NCBI GenBank assembly: GCA_015233145.1
Contig: JADFYI010000003.1
Span: 105,421-165,103 of the forward strand
Length of the DNA: 59,683 nucleotides
Direction: 5' to 3'
From: Candidatus Omnitrophota bacterium
GTDB taxonomy: Bacteria; Omnitrophota; Gorgyraeia; Zapsychrales; Fredricksoniimonadaceae
How positions within the stretch are numbered: the first letter of the stretch is position 1; each line of letters begins with the position of its first letter. Shown in pieces: positions 8,978-17,366 of this stretch. Made by a program: the position numbers and the translations under genes. The notes under the pieces are model-generated. The model saw only the letters and a list, made by a program, of their open reading frames with translations. It was not told where the DNA came from and did no database searches.

Positions 8978-10568
8978 CAGACACCTTCCAGTATTTTCCT
9001 TCGTGCAATGGCAGCCCTTTGGATTCAAATTGCTTTTTTATCGCTTCAGAGCGTGACGGCGTTTCAACATCGGCTGATGAAGTTTTGATTTTGTTGGAGG
9101 ATTGAATATTTTTTAAGATGTTATCGTTGATAATGGCCGCAAGGAAAATAGCGGCAGAGGCTGTCAGGACAAGAAAAAGCGCGTCAGACGAGCGTTTGTT
9201 GTTTTGTGTTTGTGCCGGCTTTATGTTTTCTGGGCCCATGGGGTAGCGCGCACACGATAATTTGAGTTTCTTTTCAGGGCAAGCCTGGATGCATTTTCCG
9301 CATAAGATGCACTCCGCCTGGTCAATCACAGGGTGTTTCTCTTTATCATGTCCAATAGCCTCCACCGGGCAGGTGCCGGCGCAAATGCCGCAACAGGAAC
9401 ACGGGGGCATGGTTTGGATCTTGAACAAACTGATGCGCGCCGTGAGCCCGGTCAGAGCTCCGACGGGGCAAAGGTATTTGCACCAGAACCGGTAATGAAA
9501 AATAGCCAGGATGAAAAGAAGGAAAAGGAATCCCCAGGTTAGTTTTTCGCCGTGGCCGCTAAAAAGAGTCACAAAAGGCTCCATATTGGCGGCCGAGGCG
9601 TTGTTGAAAATTATGGAAAGCCCGAGGATAATAAACAGGAACAGGTACTTAAGGAGTCGCGCAGCAGAGTCAGCTCCAGGGCTGATGGTTTTGGCCGGAG
9701 GTTTTTTTCTCAGGAAAAGTTTGGCCATGACTTCCTGCGGAAAGGCAAACGGGCAAAGGCTGCCGCAGTAAATACGTCCTATAATCAAAGTTGCGATAAA
9801 TGCCGGGATAAGGGTTAAGGCCCATAATGGGTTTTTCAGGAAATCAGGGATGTTCAATAAAGACACATTGGACACCTGCACCAAAGAGAGCATGGTGTGG
9901 GTGATAAGGCCTAAGTAAATAAAACCACAGATAAGCGCAAGCCAGCGCAGGCGCATATCAACCCAAACAATACCGACGATCGCCGTTAAAAAAAGCAGGA
10001 AAGTGATGATAATGGGCGCCCAGGGAAATGGCTGGGGAGGAGAATTCCCTGAAGGGCTTTTTGTGTTCAGGATCTCTTTGGAAAAACGTTCCAGGCTTTC
10101 TTTGATGGTGCGCGTTATGGCCTCACTCGAGACGGTTGCACCGGTTATTCCATCGATATCTTTCCCAAGGATCAGGGGATTTTGATGGCTTTTTAAAAGA
10201 AACTGCCTTGTAAAAACGTTTAAGTCCCCGGTGTAATCAGGAGTCTCGTTATTTTCCGTGATATCAATATTTTTGATGCGGCCAGCAGTGTCAATGGAGA
10301 TGACCATTTTGACAGGGCCGCCATAGCCTTTGATATTCGTTGTCAGATCAGATGTCTGGAATATGTAGCCTGTGATGCGGCTTTTGTCTGCGGAGAAAAT
10401 TTTATAATAAGGGAAGGGGGAGGTTTCAAACTTTGTTGATAGCGGGTTCTCAAGAGTGACGGGGATAGCAAAAGCGTTTTTTTGAGGCGCATGGGCGCGC
10501 TGCCAGGACACCTTAAGCCCGCCGAGGAAAATAATCAGGAATAGGAAAAAAAGTATGCGGTATTTCAT
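8964..10568 (-). CDS. NosR/NirI/NapH-like membrane redox protein: periplasmic FMN-binding domain, polytopic CX3CP domain, 2x[4Fe-4S] ferredoxin domain
   Basis: DGITGATVSS (FMN_bind flavinylation motif), CGSLCPFAFPQE and WCKYLCPVGALTG (NapH/NosR-type), CSCCGICAGTCP and CILCGKCIQACP (ferredoxin). The start at 10568 (MKYRILFFLFL...) gives a signal anchor. Alternative starts at 10607 and 10715. Confidence 0.8.
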   Translation of the reverse strand: MKYRILFFLFLIIFLGGLKVSWQRAHAPQKNAFAIPVTLENPLSTKFETSPFPYYKIFSADKSRITGYIFQTSDLTTNIKGYGGPVKMVISIDTAGRIKNIDITENNETPDYTGDLNVFTRQFLLKSHQNPLILGKDIDGITGATVSSEAITRTIKESLERFSKEILNTKSPSGNSPPQPFPWAPIIITFLLFLTAIVGIVWVDMRLRWLALICGFIYLGLITHTMLSLVQVSNVSLLNIPDFLKNPLWALTLIPAFIATLIIGRIYCGSLCPFAFPQEVMAKLFLRKKPPAKTISPGADSAARLLKYLFLFIILGLSIIFNNASAANMEPFVTLFSGHGEKLTWGFLFLLFILAIFHYRFWCKYLCPVGALTGLTARISLFKIQTMPPCSCCGICAGTCPVEAIGHDKEKHPVIDQAECILCGKCIQACPEKKLKLSCARYPMGPENIKPAQTQNNKRSSDALFLVLTASAAIFLAAIINDNILKNIQSSNKIKTSSADVETPSRSEAIKKQFESKGLPLHEGKYWKVSDEKS

Positions 10569-10708
10569 GGCAAGAACTGTTAACCCTTTGAGCCATATTT
10601 TATACATCTGTTTTGTTGATAAGGGAAATATTATTTTGTTTCGTGAGGTTATGTTGTTCGGGGTATCTGTGATATAAATATTATTGAAAATAAAAGAACA
10701 GGATTCCC

Positions 10709-11146
10709 ATGGCACAGTTAAAACAAATTTATTTGGCGTATTGGCGGCAGTTAAAGTTTTTTGTGGACGAACAGGGACTTGACTGGAAGTTTTCTTCTTT
10801 TGAAGGGGAGGGCGAGGCTGTTGTCAAGATCGGCGATCCTAAACGCAAGATTTGTTTGTCTCTGAACGGCAGTGACGGAAAAAAACCGCAGCCTGTCTTG
10901 TCGGCTGGTTTTTGGATACCGGATTCAAGGGAAGAATATATGACGCTCAAAGCCAAAAGGGCTCAAATTGAAGCTGAAATGGGAAAGTCTCTGGTGTGGG
11001 ACATGCGGCCCGGCAGAAAATCTTCCTGGGTTTGGATAACAATTGGCATGGATCTTTCCAACGAAAAGAACTGGCCCTCCTCTTTTGAGTGGTTTGCCCA
11101 AAATGCCCAAAAAATCAGGGATGTCTGCCAACGGCATTTGTCTTAA
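10709..11146 (+). CDS. Hypothetical protein (resembles DUF4268-type domain)
   Basis: 145-aa ORF divergent from the NosR-like gene. C-terminal pattern ...SLVWDMRPGRKSSWVWI...DLSNEKNWPSSFEWF... recalls DUF4268 from memory only. Confidence 0.45.
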   Translation: MAQLKQIYLAYWRQLKFFVDEQGLDWKFSSFEGEGEAVVKIGDPKRKICLSLNGSDGKKPQPVLSAGFWIPDSREEYMTLKAKRAQIEAEMGKSLVWDMRPGRKSSWVWITIGMDLSNEKNWPSSFEWFAQNAQKIRDVCQRHLS

Positions 11147-11198
11147 GAAATTTAAGGTAATGCGCATTTAATTTTTCTTTCCAGGGTGCTTACTGACG

Positions 11199-12431
11199 AT
11201 GAACTCCAGGATTTTTCAAAATATTCTTTTATTGGCCGCCTGTTGCGTGATCGGTGTGCTGACATTTGAATGTGTATCATTCTTTTTTATTAAGCAATCC
11301 CCCAGAAGCTACGGGCTGTTTTTAAAAAGAGACCTGCCGCCGTTTAAAATAAAATTATTGGACAACCCCAATGCGGAAGATGACAAGGCCATTAATGACG
11401 TGGTTGTCAATAATCAAAAGATCACGTGGGGAGACTTGCGGGGTGTGGCGCGGGAAGATGAAATATTAGGTTACGCCCCCATGGAGAACAGGGTTTCTCG
11501 GAATGGCTGGTGGCAGTCAAATAATCTCGGCGCCACTTCGAGAGAGGATACAGAAGCGAAGACCCCTCCGGGTAAGAAACGGGTTATTATTTTTGGCGAG
11601 TCGTTTGCCAATTGCTGGGGTGTGCCGCTTGAAGAGTCCTGGCCGTTTTTTATGAATAAAAAAAGCGGAAAATGGGAAATCGTTAATTTTGCTGTCAGCG
11701 GCTACAGCATGGGGCAATGCCTTTTAAGGTTCGAGAACATCAAACAGAAGCTCGATTATGATAAGGTAATCCTTGCTTTTGTACCGTCGGTTGACCTGTG
11801 GCGGGATGTTAATGTGCTCAGGCAGTTGAGAGGCTGGGCCAAAGGGCCGGTCATGCCCAGGTTTATCGTGGACCATGATCAGTTAAAGCTGGTCCAATCT
11901 CCTTATAAGACATGGCGCGACGCGCTCGAAGACAATGCCAGCGGAATTTCAGAAACCCTTAAGCGTCATTTACAAGCCTATGACCGGTTTTATTCTTCAA
12001 GTCAATATGAGTCGCCGCCTGGGATAGGCGCGCTGGTATCGTATAAGCTTTTGGCAAGTGTTATCCATGATTTTAAAGAGAAATTACTGTTGCGCAACAT
12101 GGGCAGGCCCGGCTCAGAAGCCAGGGCTGTCACGCAAAGAATCATTGAAAGAATGAACAACGAAACGAAGCGCGCGGGAAAAGAATTTATACTGGTCTAT
12201 ATCCCGACAAAGGAGGATATCGGCTATTATAAAAATAACCGCGCGTTTGCCCGGCAATATGACGAAATGGTCTTATCAACGTCACGCCTGGGCATTACTG
12301 CCATTGATTTGATGAAAGACCTCGTAAAGGCGGACCCTCTTCAGATGGATTGTAGTTATGATGGATCACATTACGGCCCTAAGGCTAACAAGATGATCGC
12401 GGAATTGCTTTGGCGCTATTTTCTGTTATAA
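11199..12431 (+). CDS. SGNH/GDSL-like hydrolase family protein with N-terminal membrane anchor
   Basis: VIIFGESFANCWG (block I, GDS-like) and DGSHYGPKANKMIAELL (block V, DxxH). N-terminal hydrophobic helix. Confidence 0.6.
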   Translation: MNSRIFQNILLLAACCVIGVLTFECVSFFFIKQSPRSYGLFLKRDLPPFKIKLLDNPNAEDDKAINDVVVNNQKITWGDLRGVAREDEILGYAPMENRVSRNGWWQSNNLGATSREDTEAKTPPGKKRVIIFGESFANCWGVPLEESWPFFMNKKSGKWEIVNFAVSGYSMGQCLLRFENIKQKLDYDKVILAFVPSVDLWRDVNVLRQLRGWAKGPVMPRFIVDHDQLKLVQSPYKTWRDALEDNASGISETLKRHLQAYDRFYSSSQYESPPGIGALVSYKLLASVIHDFKEKLLLRNMGRPGSEARAVTQRIIERMNNETKRAGKEFILVYIPTKEDIGYYKNNRAFARQYDEMVLSTSRLGITAIDLMKDLVKADPLQMDCSYDGSHYGPKANKMIAELLWRYFLL

Positions 12432-12514
12432 TAAAATGAGTTAGGTAAAGTGGAGGGGGCGTAAAAAAAGATTCCATGGCTGTGGAGTTGTGGGGTTTTA
12501 TAGTCAAGTTTTTC

Positions 12515-12543
12515 TTGCCACGCATTTGTTTCCTCCTTATAAT
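12515..12543 (+). promoter_or_regulatory. Sigma70-type promoter of the hydrogenase structural operon
   Basis: TTGCCA (12515-12520), 17-nt spacer, TATAAT (12538-12543); 73 nt upstream of the hydC start. Confidence 0.55.
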
Positions 12544-12616
12544 CTTTTAATCTTCATATTTTTTATTTCACGCGGCTAATCTTTGTAGTCAGTATTCGTC
12601 AAATCAGGAGAAATAT

Positions 12617-13099
12617 ATGGTCATTGAAACTCTTAGCGAAGATGTCAAAAAATGCGTCGATCGTTGGAAAGATAGAGAGGGCAACCTTATCATGATCCTT
12701 CACGACGTGCAGGATCGTTACGGCTATGTGCCTCGCGAAGCTTCTCTCGAAATTTCACGCCAGCTTGATGCGCCTTTGGCCAGAATTTACGAGGTTTTGA
12801 CTTTTTATAATTATTTCAAGCTCCAGGCTCCTGGTAAGTTTAACCTTTCCGTGTGTTTGGGGACCGCGTGCTATCTTAAGGGAGCCCCCACTCTCATTGA
12901 TCAGGTTCGCCGCATCCTTCATGTCGAAGAAGGGCAAACAACCAAAGACGGCATGTTTCATTTGCAGATTGTCAGATGCCTGGGCTGCTGCGGCCTGGCT
13001 CCGGTCGTGACTGTGGGCGAGAAGGTTTACAGTGCTGTCAAAAGAAGCGATATTGTGGATATTATCGCGGAACACGCAAAGATTTATCAGAAAAATTAA
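12617..13099 (+). CDS. hydC: NuoE-like [2Fe-2S] subunit of NADH-dependent [FeFe]-hydrogenase
   Basis: CLGTACYLKG and CLGCCGLAPV thioredoxin-like 2Fe-2S motifs. RBS AGGAG. Confidence 0.9.
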   Translation: MVIETLSEDVKKCVDRWKDREGNLIMILHDVQDRYGYVPREASLEISRQLDAPLARIYEVLTFYNYFKLQAPGKFNLSVCLGTACYLKGAPTLIDQVRRILHVEEGQTTKDGMFHLQIVRCLGCCGLAPVVTVGEKVYSAVKRSDIVDIIAEHAKIYQKN

Positions 13100-13113
13100 G
13101 AGGGGGGTCTCCG

Positions 13114-13455
13114 ATGGGAATGACAAAAGATCAATTACTGGCCATTAAGGATGAGACCTTAAAGAAGCAGCCTGCCAGCTGGATTCGCGTTGGTTATTCG
13201 ACCTGCGGAGTGGCTGCCGGGGCTAAAGAGGTTTATGAGGTCCTGTGTGAGGAAATCAAGGCCCGCAACCTTACTCTGGAAATCAAAAAATGCGGTTGTG
13301 TCGGGCTTTGTTCGGCAGAGCCTTTGGTTGAGGTGAACGTTGAGGGCGCTCCGCGTGTTTTTTACGGTAAGGTCAATAAAGAAATTGCTCATAAGATTAT
13401 GGATGAGCATGTGTCCCAGAAGAAGCTTGTCGACGGGCATATTTACGATATTTGA
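13114..13455 (+). CDS. Thioredoxin-like (2Fe-2S) ferredoxin-domain protein of the hydrogenase operon
   Basis: The ATG at 13114 follows GAGGGGGG; the listed upstream start overlaps hydC. STCG...C...KKCGCVGLCSAEPLVEV Cys pattern. Confidence 0.8.
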   Translation: MGMTKDQLLAIKDETLKKQPASWIRVGYSTCGVAAGAKEVYEVLCEEIKARNLTLEIKKCGCVGLCSAEPLVEVNVEGAPRVFYGKVNKEIAHKIMDEHVSQKKLVDGHIYDI

Positions 13456-13517
13456 AGGAAGTTTTTTTTAAGGATTTACCCTCCCCTCAAAGGGGTTACA
13501 ACAAAAGGAAAAGGGAT

Positions 13518-15251
13518 ATGAAACGAATCCTCATTCAGGATACCAACGGCGAGTTAAAAAAGGTTTTGCGGGAGTTTTCCGTGTCTTTCAAAAGTCAGCT
13601 TCAGGACCGCGGTCTGTCTGGGCAGGCTCAGGTTGTAGTTGTGTCTGACATTGGTGTTTATAACAAAGGCATTGTGGCGAAAATTCTCCCTGAAGGCTTT
13701 ATTTACATCAATTTGGACAACGCTCATATTGCGGACATTATTGAAAAGACGGTTCTTAAAGGCGAAAAGATCGACGCTATTGCTCTTGATAAGAAAAATA
13801 AGCAGCTTCGGATTGTTTTACGTAATTGCGGGATCATTGATCCGGAAAGCATTGAAGATTACATTGCCGTTAACGGGTATCAGGGCATTGCCCGCGCCCT
13901 TGAGTTGGGGCCGGAAAAGGTTATTGAGGACATGAAAAAGTCAGGCCTGCGCGGCCGCGGCGGCGCCGGATTTCCGACCTGGCTTAAGTGGAACCTGGCC
14001 CGTAATGTCAAGGCCGATGAAAAGTTCATTATTTGCAACGGCGATGAAGGTGACCCCGGCGCTTATATGGACCGTTCTGTTCTGGAAGGCGATCCCCATT
14101 CGGTTATTGAGGGGCTCATGATCGGCGGATTGGCCACAGGCGCAACGCGCGGCTTTTTTTATATCCGCGCCGAGTACCCCCTGGCCATCCAGCGCATTCA
14201 AAAGGCGATTGACGTAGCCTATTCCAAAGGCCTGTTAGGTAAAAATATTTTGGGAAGTAATTTTAATTTTGATGTGGAAATCCGTTTAGGCGCGGGCGCT
14301 TTTGTTTGCGGCGAAGAAACTGCGCTCATTGCCTCCATTGAGGGCCTTCGCGGGTATCCCCGGCCTCGCCCGCCTTTTCCGACGACAAAAGGCCTCTGGG
14401 GCAAGCCCACGGTCATTAACAATGTCGAAACTCTGGCCAATGTTTCCTATGTGCTTTTCAAAGGCGGAGAAGAGTTTGGAAAAATCGGGACTGAAGGCTC
14501 TAAGGGCACCAAGGTTTTCGCATTGACCGGCAAGGTGCGCAATTCCGGGCTGGTGGAAGTCCCCATGGGGATTTCCCTTCGGGAAATTGTGTTTGATATC
14601 GGCGGCGGAGTTTTGGATAATCGAAAGATCAAGGCCATCCAGACAGGCGGCCCCTCGGGCGGTGTTATTCCGGAACATTTTTTTGATACTCCGGTCGAAT
14701 ATGAGACCCTTCAGAAGCTGGGGTCTATTATGGGTTCCGGCGGCATGATCGTGATGGATGAAAACGACTGTATGGTCGATATTTCGAAATTTTATTTGGG
14801 TTTTTGCGTGGATGAATCCTGCGGTAAATGCGCGCCATGCCGTATCGGGGGCATGGAAATGCTTCTTCTTCTTAAAAAGATTGCCCAGGGCAAGGGCGTT
14901 GCTGAGGACCTTACCAAGTTGTCTGAGATCGCCGAGGCCATGCAGAAGGCGTCTTTGTGCGGGCTTGGCCAAACAGCGCCAAACCCGGTTATTTCAACGC
15001 TCAAGTATTTTATGGATGAATATAAGGCTCATGTTTTTGACAAAAAGTGCCCGTCAGCAAAATGTGCAAGTTTGGTGACGTATTCTATTAACAAGGAAGA
15101 GTGCACGGGCTGCGGGATGTGTTCTCGTGTTTGCCCGGTCATTGCCATTACCGGCAGTCGCCAGGATAAGTATGCGATCGATAAGGTGAAGTGCATCAGT
15201 TGCGGCCAGTGTTTTGAAGTGTGTAAATTTAAGTCAGTTGTGCGGCAGTAA
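13518..15251 (+). CDS. hydB: NuoF-like NADH-binding flavoprotein subunit of [FeFe]-hydrogenase with C-terminal 2x[4Fe-4S]
   Basis: GLRGRGGAGFPTWLKW (FMN/NADH site), CGKCAPCRIG, CTGCGMCSRVCP, CISCGQCFEVC. The ATG at 13518 follows AAGGAAAAGGG. Confidence 0.9.
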   Translation: MKRILIQDTNGELKKVLREFSVSFKSQLQDRGLSGQAQVVVVSDIGVYNKGIVAKILPEGFIYINLDNAHIADIIEKTVLKGEKIDAIALDKKNKQLRIVLRNCGIIDPESIEDYIAVNGYQGIARALELGPEKVIEDMKKSGLRGRGGAGFPTWLKWNLARNVKADEKFIICNGDEGDPGAYMDRSVLEGDPHSVIEGLMIGGLATGATRGFFYIRAEYPLAIQRIQKAIDVAYSKGLLGKNILGSNFNFDVEIRLGAGAFVCGEETALIASIEGLRGYPRPRPPFPTTKGLWGKPTVINNVETLANVSYVLFKGGEEFGKIGTEGSKGTKVFALTGKVRNSGLVEVPMGISLREIVFDIGGGVLDNRKIKAIQTGGPSGGVIPEHFFDTPVEYETLQKLGSIMGSGGMIVMDENDCMVDISKFYLGFCVDESCGKCAPCRIGGMEMLLLLKKIAQGKGVAEDLTKLSEIAEAMQKASLCGLGQTAPNPVISTLKYFMDEYKAHVFDKKCPSAKCASLVTYSINKEECTGCGMCSRVCPVIAITGSRQDKYAIDKVKCISCGQCFEVCKFKSVVRQ

Positions 15252-15300
15252 GGAAATTTTAAATTGAATAAGAAGAGGTTTTTTGGCATTTTTATGTTTT

Positions 15301-15425
15301 TAAATAACTCTGGCTTGGACGGAGCCAAGCCAGAGTTATTTAATTCTTTCTGAATTTTTGGGAACAACATTTTTCGCCTGTTCAGGTAAGAAAAATGTTG
15401 TTCTATGGAAAATTAAATAAGGAGC
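15301..15425 (+). repeat. Bipartite intergenic element, copy A (terminator-like hairpin 1, T-rich linker, 5'-UTR hairpin 2, conserved RBS block)
   Basis: Hairpin 1 is a perfect 18-bp stem, TAAATAACTCTGGCTTGG (15301-15318) with CCAAGCCAGAGTTATTTA (15325-15342). Hairpin 2 pairs GAACAACATTTTTC (15362-15375) with GAAAAATGTTGTTC (15390-15403). It is followed by TATGGAAAATTAAATAAGGAG. Copies B and C are listed below. Confidence 0.85.
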
Positions 15426-15431
15426 TTAGTT

Positions 15432-17192
15432 ATGTCAACGGTCACTATGGTCAAGGCGCTTATTAATGGTATCGAGGTGAAAGTCCCGGCAGGGACAACC
15501 ATTTTAGATGCCGCCAGAAGCGTCCAGGTTAATATTCCGACTTTGTGCAAACATCCGGACCTGGCAGCCTCTGCAGGCTGCGGCATTTGCATTGTTAAGG
15601 CAAAAAACAACCGCAAGATGCTCCGCGCCTGTTGTACGCCGCTTGAAGAGGGCATGGATATCACCACCCATGACCCTGAAATTGTTCAGACCCGCCGCAC
15701 GGTTTTGGAACTCATTATGGCCAACCACCCTACGGAATGTTTGACGTGCGGGCGCAACAGGGATTGCGAGCTTCAGAAGATTGCAGCGGATTTCGGCATC
15801 CGCGAAGACCTTTATGAGCGTGTCCTGCCTGACCTTCCCATTGACAGGTCAACAGGCACGATTGTCATGGAGCCTAAAAAGTGTATTAAATGCGGACGCT
15901 GCATTGATGTCTGCCAGAACGTGCAGGATGTCTGGGCGCTTTCATTTATTGACAGGGGATTTAAGACGCGCATTTCTCCGGCGGGGGATATTAAGCTCGC
16001 AGAGTCTCCTTGCGTGCGCTGCGGCCAGTGTTCGGCGCATTGCCCGACAGGCGCCATTTTCGAGAACGATGAAACACAAAAGGTATGGTCGCTTTTGCAG
16101 GATCCGGACAAGCATTGTGTTGTCCAGATAGCTCCGGCTGTCCGTGTGGCTGTGGGAGAGGGGTTTGGGTATCCTGTGGGCACGAATCTGACCAAGAAAC
16201 TTTATTCGTTGCTCCGCCGCCTGGGATTCAAGGCTGTGTTTGACACGAATTTCGGCGCTGACCTGACCATTATGGAAGAAGGCACGGAATTTGTGGAACG
16301 CTTTGTAAACAAAAATGGCCCGCTTCCGCTCATTACCAGCTGCTGCCCGGCATGGGTGGATTATCTTGAAAAATATTATGGCGACATGATCAGCCTTTTT
16401 TCGTCGACAAAAAGCCCGCATGAGATGGTGGGTGCGCTGACCAAGACGTATTACGCCCAGAAAAATAATATTGATCCGGCCAAGATCAAGGTTGTTTCAA
16501 TCATGCCGTGCACAGCAAAAAAGTATGAGATTTTAAGGTCTGAAGAGATGGCGTCTTCCGGGTATCAGGACGTGGATGTGTCTTTAACCACGCGTGAACT
16601 TATCCGCATGATCAAGCAGGCGGGCGTTGACTTTAAACAGCTTCCTGATGAAGATGCCGATCTTATGCTCGGTGATTATGCGGGCGCCGGCACTATTTTC
16701 GGCGCCACGGGTGGTGTTATGGAGGCTGCGCTTCGTACGGCTTATTTTGTGATTACAGGCGAGGGTCTCAAAGACGTGAATTTTACCAATGTTCGCGGCC
16801 TTCAGGGGGTCAAGGAAACGTCGGTGGATATTAAGGGCACGGAGGTGAAAATCGCCGTGGCGCATGGCCTTAAGAATGTCAAGTTTGTCATGGATAAGGT
16901 GCGTGATGCCATCTTAAATAACAAGCCTTTGCCGTACCATTATATCGAGGTCATGGCCTGCCCTGGCGGATGCGTAGGCGGCGGCGGCCAGCCCTATATG
17001 GTCACGGATGACATCAGAAAACAGCGCGCCAAGGGGCTTTATGACGAAGATGCCGGGCTGCCGCACCGTTGCGCGCATGAGAACCCGCATGTTCAAGAGC
17101 TTTACAGAAACTTTTTAGAGAAACCTTTAAGCCATAAGTCGCACCAGTTGTTGCATACCAAGTACACGGCCAGGCCGTTGTATATCAAATAA
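15432..17192 (+). CDS. hydA: [FeFe]-hydrogenase catalytic subunit (M3-type, N-terminal 2Fe-2S and 4Fe-4S domains)
   Basis: H-cluster motifs TSCCPAW, MPCTAKKYE and EVMACPGGCVGGGGQP. N-terminal ferredoxin-like Cys clusters. Confidence 0.95.
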   Translation: MSTVTMVKALINGIEVKVPAGTTILDAARSVQVNIPTLCKHPDLAASAGCGICIVKAKNNRKMLRACCTPLEEGMDITTHDPEIVQTRRTVLELIMANHPTECLTCGRNRDCELQKIAADFGIREDLYERVLPDLPIDRSTGTIVMEPKKCIKCGRCIDVCQNVQDVWALSFIDRGFKTRISPAGDIKLAESPCVRCGQCSAHCPTGAIFENDETQKVWSLLQDPDKHCVVQIAPAVRVAVGEGFGYPVGTNLTKKLYSLLRRLGFKAVFDTNFGADLTIMEEGTEFVERFVNKNGPLPLITSCCPAWVDYLEKYYGDMISLFSSTKSPHEMVGALTKTYYAQKNNIDPAKIKVVSIMPCTAKKYEILRSEEMASSGYQDVDVSLTTRELIRMIKQAGVDFKQLPDEDADLMLGDYAGAGTIFGATGGVMEAALRTAYFVITGEGLKDVNFTNVRGLQGVKETSVDIKGTEVKIAVAHGLKNVKFVMDKVRDAILNNKPLPYHYIEVMACPGGCVGGGGQPYMVTDDIRKQRAKGLYDEDAGLPHRCAHENPHVQELYRNFLEKPLSHKSHQLLHTKYTARPLYIK

Positions 17193-17199
17193 AGTTTTG

Positions 17200-17208
17200 T
17201 GGTATAAT
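17200..17208 (+). promoter_or_regulatory. Extended -10 promoter (TGgTATAAT) for the hyd maturation operon leader
   Basis: TGG TATAAT at 17200-17208, just after the hydA stop. A weak -35 (TTGTAT) sits at 17178-17183 with a 19-nt spacer. Confidence 0.45.
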
Positions 17209-17324
17209 AATTAAAATCTGAGTTGCCGGGGGTAAAGCCCGGGTAACAAGGAGACAAGAAGTTTAAAGTATCTGAGGGAAGGGCTTACGCCTAACCTGAG
17301 GGAAAAGATAAGACAATCTTAACC

Positions 17325-17357
17325 CCGGTTTTGCGTAAGCGAAACCGGTTTTTTTTT
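17325..17357 (+). terminator. Intrinsic terminator inside the leader of the hyd maturation operon (attenuator candidate)
   Basis: CCGGTTT (17325-17331) pairs with AAACCGG (17342-17348), followed by nine T (17349-17357). GGAGG and the ATG at 17367 follow immediately. Confidence 0.7.
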
Positions 17358-17366
17358 GGAGGAAAC

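Noticed and set aside
8964-8985. Programmed -1 ribosomal frameshift at the A-run (dnaX-like A AAA AAG)
   Set aside because: The frame arithmetic does not fit. Joining the NosR-like frame to the radical SAM frame needs a +1 (or -2) shift, and the zero-frame codons are GAA AAA AGT rather than X XXY YYZ. An indel or a true overlap is more parsimonious.
12432-12616. Rex (TTGTGA-N6-TCACAA) operator upstream of the hydrogenase operon
   Set aside because: Only a loose TTGTGG...TCAAG with wrong spacing was found. There is no convincing Rex box.
14286-14972. 228-aa minus-strand ORF, plus several 60-110-aa ORFs between 13639 and 15078
   Set aside because: They are antisense to or out of frame with the NuoF-like gene, whose FMN and Fe-S motifs are intact. 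No RBS or motifs.
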